Assembly: GCA_964354285.1 (NCBI GenBank)
Contig: CAYGYR010000004.1
Span: forward strand, 10,284-74,283
Direction: 5' to 3'
DNA from: an uncultured Methanosarcinales archaeon
GTDB taxonomy: Archaea > Nanobdellota > Nanobdellia > Woesearchaeales > ARS49
DNA: 64,000 bases
The stretch's first letter is position 1; each line of letters opens with the position of its first letter. Of the stretch, positions 9,372 through 17,912 are shown piece after piece. Position numbers and translations under genes: made by a program. The notes beneath the pieces are model-generated. The model worked only from the letters and a program-made list of their open reading frames with translations, was not told where the DNA came from and searched no databases.

Positions 9372-10117
9372 TGGATTCAAAAAATAATCATGCCAACCAC
9401 GCTGTGAAAGAGCAACGCAAACCACCTTACATAGACAAAATAACCACAGTCTCTGACTTTGACGTGTGGATCGTTGATGGGATGCATGTACGAACGAATA
9501 TTGACAGGGAATTCACTAATTTTGGCCAGTACTACCGCTTCAAGTTTATACCCAAAAATGAGTTCTGGATAGACAAGGAAAAAATTGGCGGAGAGGAAGA
9601 CTTTTACATAGAGCACATGCTTGTCGAGAATAGGCTGATGGAAGAGGGCATGCCCTATGAGCAGGCAATTGACAAAGCAAACCGTGCAGAGAAAAAATTA
9701 AGGAAAGAGGTTTTGCTTGCAAAAGAAGAAATAAAGCCTGATATGACCAAGGCAGAGTACATTGAGAAAGCGCACAAAAAAATGCTTACGAAATACAGCA
9801 ATGGCGTAAAAGTCTGGATTATCGATGGAGCGCTTGTCAGGACTGTCTTTTTCATGGACTTCACAGAAGGGGGACATGACAAGGTCTACAAGTTTGTCCC
9901 AAAAGGAGAGGTATGGCTTGATGATGACCTCTCTGAAAAAGAGATAAAATTAGTTTTACTGCACGAGCTGCACGAGAGATACCTCATGTCAGAGGGCTGG
10001 GACTATGACCCTGCGCACAGGAAAGCAAGCAGCCTGGAATACCACTGCAGGCATCACCCAGAAGAGACTGACACTAAACTGGATGAAGAAATGAAAAGAA
10101 ATAAAGAAAAAATTTAG
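9371..10117 (+). CDS. hypothetical protein with internal domain duplication, HExxH in the second copy
   Basis: TAATG stop-start overlap with the upstream gene; repeats FDVWIVDGMHVRT...YRFKFIPKNEFWID and VKVWIIDGALVRT...VYKFVPKGEVWLDD; LLHELHERYLM in copy 2. Confidence 0.55.
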   Translation: MDSKNNHANHAVKEQRKPPYIDKITTVSDFDVWIVDGMHVRTNIDREFTNFGQYYRFKFIPKNEFWIDKEKIGGEEDFYIEHMLVENRLMEEGMPYEQAIDKANRAEKKLRKEVLLAKEEIKPDMTKAEYIEKAHKKMLTKYSNGVKVWIIDGALVRTVFFMDFTEGGHDKVYKFVPKGEVWLDDDLSEKEIKLVLLHELHERYLMSEGWDYDPAHRKASSLEYHCRHHPEETDTKLDEEMKRNKEKI

Positions 10118-11349
10118 TTCTCTTGGCCTGCCCTGTATCCAAAGCGCCCAAAGCGCCCGCGGCCATAATTATTCTTGCTTCTTTCAAACCTTCCGCCAAA
10201 CTTTGAATACTGCTGCGGAGCGCTTCTTGCCCTGAATGATATGCTTGGGAAGTCCTCTTTTGGAAGAAGATCTATCTTCAGGTTGTGGCTGCGCAGAATG
10301 CTGTTGAAGGCATCGTGGTCTTTCTGGCTCAGCAACGTGATTGCCTTGCCTGATTCCCCTGCTCTTGCAGTACGCCCAATCCTGTGGATGTATTCCTGAG
10401 GATCATGCGAGAGGTCAAAATTGAATATGTGCGTGACATACTTGATGTCAAGCCCTCTTGCAGCGACTGCTGATGCAACAAGGATGTTTGGGTTGCCCTT
10501 ATTGAAGTCGTCAAGCACTCTTTGCCTTCTATTCTGGCTCAGCTTTCCGTGAGTCATCTCTGCCTTTATGCCGTTTGTATGAAGGTTTTTCGCGACAATC
10601 TCAACAGTTGACCTTGTTGAACAAAAGATTATTGCCTGTCCAATCTGCTCTTTCTTTAGCAGGTGAACGAGCAGCGAGAACTTTTCGTTAGGCAGGACGT
10701 TGTAATAGTACTGTTTCAGGTATTCTTCCTCAACCTGTGCCTCTGCTTTTGCTATTTCAGGATTATGCATGAATTTTCGCTTGAGATAATCAACTTCACT
10801 AGAAATTGTTGCTCCAAACAAAAGCATCTGCCTGTCGCTTGGCGTCTGGCTTATGATTCTTGTTATGTCTTCAATAAAGCCCATCTCAACCATCTTGTCT
10901 GCCTCATCAAGGACAAGGCAAGCGATTTTTGACAGGTTAATAGTCCCTCTTTGGAGGTGGTCAAGCAATCTTCCTGGGGTTCCGACAACAATATCTGCCT
11001 GCTCAATCTGCCTCATCTGAGGGCCGATTGCGACACCGCCATAAACTGTTGCGATTCTGCACTGCAGGTATTTTCCGAACTTCTGCATCTCCTGTGAGAT
11101 CTGTATTGCAAGCTCCCTTGTCGGGCCCATTATAAGAACCTGAAGCCCGTTTCCTGGGCTTATTTTTTCAAGTATTGGAGCGCCAAAAGCAGCTGTCTTT
11201 CCAGACCCTGTCTTTGACATTCCTATCAAATCTTTGCCTGCTTTGATTATAGGAATTGCTTTTGCCTGAATATCTGTTGGCTCTACTATTCCCATCTCGT
11301 TCAGTGCTTTAACTATCTCTGTTTTTACATTTAAGTCTTCAAATTTCAT
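10114..11349 (-). CDS. DEAD-box ATP-dependent RNA helicase with RGG tail
   Basis: Q motif (PTDIQ), SKTGSGKT, PTRELA, VLDEADKM, GATIS (SAT-like), HRIGRTARAG; C-terminal GRFERS...GRGRFGRFGYR; start set at MKFEDL (11349) rather than ORF-track 11511. Confidence 0.93.
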   Translation of the reverse strand: MKFEDLNVKTEIVKALNEMGIVEPTDIQAKAIPIIKAGKDLIGMSKTGSGKTAAFGAPILEKISPGNGLQVLIMGPTRELAIQISQEMQKFGKYLQCRIATVYGGVAIGPQMRQIEQADIVVGTPGRLLDHLQRGTINLSKIACLVLDEADKMVEMGFIEDITRIISQTPSDRQMLLFGATISSEVDYLKRKFMHNPEIAKAEAQVEEEYLKQYYYNVLPNEKFSLLVHLLKKEQIGQAIIFCSTRSTVEIVAKNLHTNGIKAEMTHGKLSQNRRQRVLDDFNKGNPNILVASAVAARGLDIKYVTHIFNFDLSHDPQEYIHRIGRTARAGESGKAITLLSQKDHDAFNSILRSHNLKIDLLPKEDFPSISFRARSAPQQYSKFGGRFERSKNNYGRGRFGRFGYRAGQEN

Positions 11350-11581
11350 TTTATTTATTTCTCCTTGGAATGTGCAAAATCGCTGTAATAAGCATCCAAG
11401 ATGCCAAAATAGCGTCTCAAGCAATTTGCTGAGATTCAAAACCAGTAGGTTTTGTGAAACAGAATTAGCATAAGTTTTGTTTATACTCTCTGTTTCTGCC
11501 TTCCAATGCAACTAAGTAGTTTTAGGGGGTTTATAAAGCTTGCGGTTTGGGCTTTGAAAATAAGAAGACTGAGAAAATTTT

Positions 11582-12172
11582 TCAGTTCAGTTTCTCGCCA
11601 TACCAATCTCCAGAACAAAACTTTTTATCACTAAACATTCCGAGCTGGAAAGGATAACCCTCGAGCTGCCAGCAGTTTTCCCCTGCTGCAATTTCTCCAA
11701 AATTAGTTATAATGTTCTTAGAATTAAAACAAATAAGAAGCGCAGCATTGCAATTTATGCAGCGGCTGGTGTTCCATTTTCCTTTAATTGGATAATAACA
11801 AACCCTATCACCGAAAACACGCGTTTTGGTTTCTGAAGTATTCCCTGTGCTTAACTGGTTTAAAATTTCAGTCATGGTTAATTTAATGCAAGATTCAGCC
11901 CCTTCATTAATTCTCTCAGAGTATTTATCTGAATAAGAATGAACATAACCCTTACAAGAAGAAATATTTTCGTTAAGAACATTGTAATCGTATTTTAGGA
12001 CTGTGTCACCGCCAGACCTTGACAGGTAAGCAAAATAACGAACATCATATTCAGATGGAATTTTTGCATTCACTAAACTTTTTTCTAAATATTCCTGTGG
12101 AGATAATTGCGGAACGCACGCAGAAATAAATACAATTATTGCAAAAACAGCCAATGCTACAAATATTCTCAT
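11582..12172 (-). CDS. secreted Cys-rich lipoprotein (hypothetical)
   Basis: Signal/lipobox VFISAC after M at 12172; about 9 Cys in the mature part; longer ORF to 12220 possible. Confidence 0.5.
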   Translation of the reverse strand: MRIFVALAVFAIIVFISACVPQLSPQEYLEKSLVNAKIPSEYDVRYFAYLSRSGGDTVLKYDYNVLNENISSCKGYVHSYSDKYSERINEGAESCIKLTMTEILNQLSTGNTSETKTRVFGDRVCYYPIKGKWNTSRCINCNAALLICFNSKNIITNFGEIAAGENCWQLEGYPFQLGMFSDKKFCSGDWYGEKLN

Positions 12173-12378
12173 CTTTAATATTGTAAGAATGAGTATCTTT
12201 TTAAAGATATGCTTAATCATTTAAAGCATATTGCTTTTTATTGGCACGTTTGCTGGAGGTGAACTCACCTTTTTCATACTTTTTCCAGGCTTCTTCTGTT
12301 CTCCTGGCAAACTCAAGGTCTTCTTTCAGATTCTTCTCAAGGGCAGTTGCTTTTTTCATGATTATTCTAGTCTTGTTC

Positions 12379-12708
12379 CTAATATTTGAATCTTCGTTCG
12401 TATTCTTTGTGGTCGAACCATTCGAGAATAATCGTGATTATTTGCACTTCCCCATTTGCAACAGAATAAATCAGCCTCCATCCATTTGGCAGGTCATATT
12501 TCCACAAATTATCTATCTGGTATTTATCAAAGTATGTTGCGGGAATTAATTTTTTAGGCACTTGTGTCCCGCAAAAAGCGTCTTGTTCTAAGTCAGTTAT
12601 TGCTCTGGTTATCCATTCATAAAGCTGCTTGTCCTCAAATTTTGAGTTCTTAAGCTGTTCATAAGTTTCTTTGATTTTTTCGTCACCAAAATGAACTACA
12701 GACTTCAT
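12379..12708 (-). CDS. RelE/ParE-superfamily toxin-like protein
   Basis: C-terminal LWKYDLPNGWRLIYSV...IITIILEWFDHKEYERRF resembles the RelE/StbE core; 4-nt overlap with the upstream small gene. Confidence 0.65.
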   Translation of the reverse strand: MKSVVHFGDEKIKETYEQLKNSKFEDKQLYEWITRAITDLEQDAFCGTQVPKKLIPATYFDKYQIDNLWKYDLPNGWRLIYSVANGEVQIITIILEWFDHKEYERRFKY

Positions 12709-12983
12709 TTTGCCCTCAGATGCGGCTTGCTCAGGTATTTCTTAACAAGCTCGGGATTCCATATCCAGCCGATTTTGCCTTCTCTGTCAATAGCAATCTT
12801 ATTAATGCTTTGAAGATAGTCCAGAATTACTAGAAACGTCTGCCACATGACTTTTCTTGGCAGGCTTTTCCATAGCTCTGTTCGATTGTATTCCCCGCTG
12901 TGCTCTTCGATAGTTCTTTCTACCATTAAGACTGTGTCTAAAGTTGGTGACCTGACAAACGGATTTTCCAGTATTTGTGCCAT
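12705..12983 (-). CDS. putative cognate antitoxin / small wHTH-like protein
   Basis: 92 aa, upstream of and overlapping the RelE-like gene (ATGA junction); no strong motif. Confidence 0.5.
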   Translation of the reverse strand: MAQILENPFVRSPTLDTVLMVERTIEEHSGEYNRTELWKSLPRKVMWQTFLVILDYLQSINKIAIDREGKIGWIWNPELVKKYLSKPHLRAK

Positions 12984-13010
12984 AATCTAATTATATATCA
13001 ATTGATATAT

Positions 13011-13532
13011 TTAAAGGTTTCGGTTTATAACGAACCTAAGCACTAACAGCCAAACAGTGCCTATAGCAAGCCCCCCTATTACATCACTTAACCAGTGGAC
13101 CCCTAGATAGAGCCTGCTGAATGAAACTAACAACACTAAAAATATACTGGCTGCTATGAATAAGTATCTCAAAAATAGGCTCTTTATGTCATCTTTTACA
13201 GTATATATAAGAATCGCGAAGAAAACAAGAGTCATCATCGCATGAGCACTGGGAAAGCTATAGCCAGTTGCCTCAGCCAAGGCACTTTCTGGCCTCTCCC
13301 TCTGGATAATTGCCTTTATAGACAGCTCAATCAATAAGCCGCCAAGCATTCCGAATGCAAGCAGAAGAGATTTATGGTATCGTTTCTTGTAAAGCAGGAA
13401 ACAGAGCAGGAGTATTGAAAGAACTGCGAGGCATATTTCGCTTCCAATGCCTGTAATAACAGTCATTATTTTAGTCAGAAAAGGATTCTGAAGCAGAGCC
13501 ATTTTTGAGTTAATTAGCAGGTCTAAGCTCAT
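13011..13532 (-). CDS. PAP2-family phosphatase (phosphatidic acid / undecaprenyl-PP phosphatase-like)
   Basis: KAIIQRERP, SFPSAHAM, SRLYLGVHWLSDV = the three PAP2 signature motifs; start at 13532, 30 nt from a TTTAAATA box. Confidence 0.85.
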   Translation of the reverse strand: MSLDLLINSKMALLQNPFLTKIMTVITGIGSEICLAVLSILLLCFLLYKKRYHKSLLLAFGMLGGLLIELSIKAIIQRERPESALAEATGYSFPSAHAMMTLVFFAILIYTVKDDIKSLFLRYLFIAASIFLVLLVSFSRLYLGVHWLSDVIGGLAIGTVWLLVLRFVINRNL

Positions 13533-13604
13533 ACAGTAAGAAAGCTTGCTCTGATATTTAAATATTAGTAAAGATTTTATAGTGCGGTGCAAACATAATA
13601 CAAA

Positions 13605-13976
13605 ATGAGATATTACAGAGTGAAAGAACCAAATGAGCTTAAAAAGCTAAGCGAGGAAACGCTCCTTAACCTCCTTCAAGATATAGAAAACAGAAAAGTC
13701 ACTGTTACGCTTGATAGAGCCAAGTCCAAAGAGGCGATCGAGGATGAGAATGGGATATACCATTTTGAAACATCGAACAAATGGAAGATAGGCGTTTCTG
13801 TTGACTGCGGAAGATTTGACTATATACAATACATCTCGCACGGAGGAACAAACATAGATTTCGATAAGATTTGCAGGTATTATCCAAAAGTAGACCAGTA
13901 TTCTGAAAAATTCAGAGATACTGATTTAGCCAAAAAAGTATGGGGTATAGAAGCAGAAATATTTGCAGATGTGTAA
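13605..13976 (+). CDS. hypothetical protein
   Basis: 123-aa ORF, TATA-like box 30 nt upstream; no motif. Confidence 0.5.
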   Translation: MRYYRVKEPNELKKLSEETLLNLLQDIENRKVTVTLDRAKSKEAIEDENGIYHFETSNKWKIGVSVDCGRFDYIQYISHGGTNIDFDKICRYYPKVDQYSEKFRDTDLAKKVWGIEAEIFADV

Positions 13977-14025
13977 CTGTTAAAACTACGTAACTTTATA
14001 AATATCTGGCCTTTTATTTGGCAGT

Positions 14026-14310
14026 ATGAGCGATCCAACTATGTACAGGATTATGTATCAGTCAGTTACAAGAACACCAGATTCCCACGTTTCTATCACC
14101 AACAGTACTCCAGACTTTTACAGGGATACTCCAATGTCCAAGCAAAAATTCACAGCTTTGGTAAAAAAACTCTTTAACAAATACAATAACGAGTCAGACA
14201 TATTAAATGTGGTTTGTGATGAGCTGGTTAGTGAGCATGGATTTAGGTGGGCGCCAATGATATCTTCTGCAGTACAGATAAATCTCGAAAGAAAAGTCAG
14301 TGTTAAATAA
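14026..14310 (+). CDS. hypothetical protein
   Basis: 94-aa ORF; TTTATAAA at 13995, 31 nt upstream. Confidence 0.45.
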   Translation: MSDPTMYRIMYQSVTRTPDSHVSITNSTPDFYRDTPMSKQKFTALVKKLFNKYNNESDILNVVCDELVSEHGFRWAPMISSAVQINLERKVSVK

Positions 14311-14378
14311 ATCACAGTTTTCTTGTGAATACTAAATAATAGAAATTAATATATATCTGCAGATTACAACACTGCTTT

Positions 14379-15545
14379 ATGGCAGAGCGCCAGATAAAAG
14401 AGGTTATGGCATTGGTAGGCGGCTATAACCCCAAGGCCATAGAGCGCTTAGAGCAGCAGATCACTGAAATACTAAATAAATTTGCCGCACAAAAAGAAGA
14501 TGAAAAAGAGCACAAAGGAGAGACTTCTCTTGTTCACGTATTGAATGTCCTGAAAACAATTGACACCCTTCTTAAAACATTAAAGCAGGAAAAAACAGAA
14601 AGCCACATCGCGCAATTAGAGCAATTTCTAACGCAATTTCCAAGGCTTGACAGAGTGCTTGAAGAAGAAGGCAAGCCTGCTGGAATGCACACAAGAGAGG
14701 AGCTTTTGTTTTTTGCAACACTCTTCCATGATGTAGGAAAATTATATCACTTCAAAGGCCTTGAAGAGAAGTTTGAGGATGCAAAAAAATTCAAAAGGCA
14801 CTCTTTTCTTGGAAGATGGCTGTTTGCGCACTCTGAAGAAAAAGACCTGATACAAGCACAAATTGAGAAAAATCAAGCTGAAGTGCAGAAACTTGAGGCA
14901 AAAAAAGACAAATGGAAAGAGAGCCAAGCATTAGAATATGAAGAGAGACTGCAATTAGTTGAGATACTAAAAGAGATAAAGAACTTATTTGACCAATACC
15001 AAAAGATGTTTCAGGAGCTTGAATTCACCAAGCAAGAAGTTATATTCATGCAGCAGCTTATAGAGCAGCATATGAAATGGCTGGAGATTTTCAATCCTTA
15101 TGAAAAAAAATTGATTGCAGAAAAATATGACGAGACACTTAACAAGCAATTAAATGATCAAATCAAAAAACTCATTACATCAACAGCAGACCGCTTTTTT
15201 GAGTCACTGCTCCTTTCAGTATCAGATATGGCAGGAACAGCAAACAAAGGAATCACAGAAAACGTGTTTAATTTCTTCAATATTGTGCTGAAAATAAGAG
15301 CAAACACTAGCAAAGAATTTAACCTTGTGACAGGAGATGAAATAATAAACGAAGCTAAGAAAGAGCCATATAATTTCAAGGCAATATCAGCTGAATTGCA
15401 GCAAAAGTTTGATAAGCCATCTACGGGCAGGATAATGAGCCTGATTAAAAAAGGCAATACAGCAGATGAGCTTGCAAAGGCAAAGTTCAGTGAAGAAGAC
15501 ATCAAAACCATTTTGGATGTAATGAATGCGCATAAACTGCCGTAA
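14379..15545 (+). CDS. HD-domain protein with coiled-coil insert
   Basis: SLVHVLNV ... ATLFHDVGKLYHF ... LSVSDMAG pattern fits the H..HD..D metal-dependent phosphohydrolase superfamily; central K/E/Q coiled-coil. Confidence 0.55.
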   Translation: MAERQIKEVMALVGGYNPKAIERLEQQITEILNKFAAQKEDEKEHKGETSLVHVLNVLKTIDTLLKTLKQEKTESHIAQLEQFLTQFPRLDRVLEEEGKPAGMHTREELLFFATLFHDVGKLYHFKGLEEKFEDAKKFKRHSFLGRWLFAHSEEKDLIQAQIEKNQAEVQKLEAKKDKWKESQALEYEERLQLVEILKEIKNLFDQYQKMFQELEFTKQEVIFMQQLIEQHMKWLEIFNPYEKKLIAEKYDETLNKQLNDQIKKLITSTADRFFESLLLSVSDMAGTANKGITENVFNFFNIVLKIRANTSKEFNLVTGDEIINEAKKEPYNFKAISAELQQKFDKPSTGRIMSLIKKGNTADELAKAKFSEEDIKTILDVMNAHKLP

Positions 15546-15612
15546 GCATACAACACTCATGACAAATTATTGCAAGTAAGATATAACCATTCTACAACAC
15601 CTTTCTGTATTT

Positions 15613-15981
15613 ATGCCTGAACTTGAAGAATTTGTCAAATTATATGTGCTGGCTGAAGTACAGACTGTATTTCATCATGACACTCCCGCAATAGGCATTT
15701 GCACAGAAGTCTGTGTTGGTGAAAAGAAATATGGGCCTTTCACAAAAGAAGATGCTGAAATTAAAAAAGCGAAGAGGATTAAAAAATGGTTAAGCAGACT
15801 GCCTTTCGTAAAAGACCCAATTTATGTCAAGGAACTTTATGAAACAAAGACCGGGCTCTCCTGCGGCTGCTCTTTTGAGATAAACTACGGATTTGTGGAG
15901 AAATATATCCCTAAAAGCAAAATTTCTGTTTCAGATGGAAAAATCGTGATTCAAGATGGAGGTGATTGTAATGAAATATGA
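15613..15981 (+). CDS. hypothetical protein
   Basis: 122-aa ORF; overlaps the next gene by 11 nt. Confidence 0.5.
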   Translation: MPELEEFVKLYVLAEVQTVFHHDTPAIGICTEVCVGEKKYGPFTKEDAEIKKAKRIKKWLSRLPFVKDPIYVKELYETKTGLSCGCSFEINYGFVEKYIPKSKISVSDGKIVIQDGGDCNEI

Positions 15982-16753
15982 AATTCCTGGAAAAGGAGTA
16001 TATGATCTGGATGCAATACTATCGCAGGGCGTGGCTAAAAAAGCATTGTTTGAGCCTGCAATGGCCCCTGATGCTGAGGAGCATGTAACTGCCAAGATAA
16101 AAGAGCGGCAGGGCAAATTACAGAAGCAGATGCAGAGCATCCTGACAGATGTTTTCATGCCGTCTGAAGCAAAAGGAAGGGCAGAAACAATAAATTATCT
16201 TGCACAAGAATATATCTTGAATGAATTCGGGGCAAAATATGATGAGCTGTCACCCCAGCTTTTCGAGCTAAAGCGAGCGATTAAACTGAATGAGAATTTG
16301 AGTTCAATAAAAATACCCTTGTTTGCGCATGCTTCTCTTTTGGGAGACGGCTACTGGAAAATCGATGAGCGCGTGGAAGAATTAGGATTTGGAAGAGATG
16401 CGAGGACACAACATGTAACCATTGAATCAAAAATGCCTCCAATCTCAAGAGAGGCAAAAGAAAAAGCAAGGCAGGCAAATGCAGATTACCTTCAGGCATG
16501 CAGCAATGCGCTCAGGGAGCCTGTGATAGGAGACTGGCTGCTTAAAGACCCTAATTTCCTGCACATTGGGAAAGAATTCCTCCATGTCTACTGGATACCA
16601 ACGCCGGATGAACTAAAAATCACTGTCAAAACAGTGGAAAAAGACCCCTTGCTTGTCGCAAATGTCTGCGACACATATTTTCTTGTCGCAAAATGGAGCC
16701 TGAAAGGTGAAGAGCCATTTGAGCACTATCTTGCAGAATACAAAGTAAGGTGA
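15971..16753 (+). CDS. hypothetical protein
   Basis: ATG at 15971 preceded by GGAGGTGA (15958-15965); 260 aa, no motif. Confidence 0.55.
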   Translation: MKYEIPGKGVYDLDAILSQGVAKKALFEPAMAPDAEEHVTAKIKERQGKLQKQMQSILTDVFMPSEAKGRAETINYLAQEYILNEFGAKYDELSPQLFELKRAIKLNENLSSIKIPLFAHASLLGDGYWKIDERVEELGFGRDARTQHVTIESKMPPISREAKEKARQANADYLQACSNALREPVIGDWLLKDPNFLHIGKEFLHVYWIPTPDELKITVKTVEKDPLLVANVCDTYFLVAKWSLKGEEPFEHYLAEYKVR

Positions 16754-16757
16754 TTTT

Positions 16758-17138
16758 ATGAGATGCATACAAGAGAAAACAATAGAGGAAATAATCGAAG
16801 GCAAAGAGCTAAATTTTGATGGAATTAAGATAGACAAGGAAAAATACACGATGCACATAAAAAGCGAAACAGATTATTTCGTCATCAGCTTCTGCAAAGG
16901 AGAGGATTTCAATAATTCTGAGTTTGAGATACGCATAGACAAGAAAGGTATAAGATTTGAGAGATATGCCAGCAGGCCAAATCATGACCATGATGACAGT
17001 CAATCATTACAGACTGTTGTTGGTGATTTAACAGGCAGGAAAAAAGGAGAGCTTGAATGGAGAGCAAGATGGCCATACCCAGGGGAAGGGTATGATTTAT
17101 TTTACATTCCCTTCGGAAGCGTAAAAGTAGATTACTGA
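16758..17138 (+). CDS. hypothetical protein
   Basis: 126-aa ORF 4 nt after the previous stop. Confidence 0.5.
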   Translation: MRCIQEKTIEEIIEGKELNFDGIKIDKEKYTMHIKSETDYFVISFCKGEDFNNSEFEIRIDKKGIRFERYASRPNHDHDDSQSLQTVVGDLTGRKKGELEWRARWPYPGEGYDLFYIPFGSVKVDY

Positions 17139-17149
17139 GGTGAATTGAA

Positions 17150-17347
17150 ATGATGAAATACCTGGCAAAATACAATGTGCTGCTGCCAATGTGCGAGGGC
17201 AGTCTGGCGCACACTCCAGAATACTTTTTTGAGGCAGGCACCAAAACAGAAGCTGAGAAAATAGCAGTAGAGCACAAGGAAGCAATACTGAAAGAATATT
17301 CATATCCTGTGTCAGTATATCTTGAAAACATAATTGAGGTGAAGTGA
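17150..17347 (+). CDS. MCDGG mini-domain protein, single copy
   Basis: 65 aa, MMKYLAKYNVLLPMCEGS...; GAGGTGA SD; homologous to both halves of the next gene. Confidence 0.55.
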   Translation: MMKYLAKYNVLLPMCEGSLAHTPEYFFEAGTKTEAEKIAVEHKEAILKEYSYPVSVYLENIIEVK

Positions 17348-17853
17348 TGCCAAAATACCAAGCAAAATACACTGTGAAAGCAATGATGTGTGACGGAGGG
17401 TGCTGGGTTCCTGACCTTGATTCTCACAATCCAGAGCATAGCTTTGATGCAAAAGATGATGATGAAGCCCAAAAACTGGCTGAAGAGCACAAAAGTGTGC
17501 TAAGAAAAGATTACTTTGGCCCCAAAATAACACTTGATGAGCTTTTAAAAGTTGAGAAAAAGATTGAGCTCAAGCCAAAAGGGCCAATGATGAAGTATAG
17601 GGCAAGATACACTCTTAATGCGCAAATGTGCGACGGCGGAGCATGGCTGCCATGCCCTGAAAATGACAGGCAAACATACACTTTCGATGCAAGAACAGAT
17701 GAAGATGCAAGGCAGATTGCAGAAGATTACAAGCACACGCTAAAAGCGAATTATTTCAGCCCAACAGCAGACCTTGACGCGCTTGTAAGATTAGAGAAAG
17801 AGATGAAGATGATGGAGGTTGAGAAAGAAGTTAGGCTGGATGATAAAAGCTGA
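17347..17853 (+). CDS. MCDGG mini-domain protein, two tandem copies
   Basis: MPKYQAKYTVKAMMCDGGCW... and MMKYRARYTLNAQMCDGGAW... repeats; TGATG overlap with the upstream paralog. Confidence 0.55.
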   Translation: MPKYQAKYTVKAMMCDGGCWVPDLDSHNPEHSFDAKDDDEAQKLAEEHKSVLRKDYFGPKITLDELLKVEKKIELKPKGPMMKYRARYTLNAQMCDGGAWLPCPENDRQTYTFDARTDEDARQIAEDYKHTLKANYFSPTADLDALVRLEKEMKMMEVEKEVRLDDKS

Positions 17854-17912
17854 CTATTAAGCAGCAGGGATTGCTCCGAAACTTTATAAATATCAAGCGC
17901 TTTAATTACTGC

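Noticed and set aside
11350-11511. 54-aa N-terminal extension of the DEAD-box helicase from the ORF track
   Set aside because: The sequence (MHWKAETESINKTY...) is unlike helicase N-termini, and the Q motif follows directly after the internal Met. It is kept as a leader-region finding instead.
12241-12549. 102-aa plus-strand ORF
   Set aside because: It overlaps the RelE-like gene in antisense and has an F/S/L-rich shadow composition.
17871-17912. TTG-initiated 14-codon extension of the 526-aa ORF
   Set aside because: TTTATAAA lies inside this extension (17883-17890), exactly 30 nt before the ATG at 17913.
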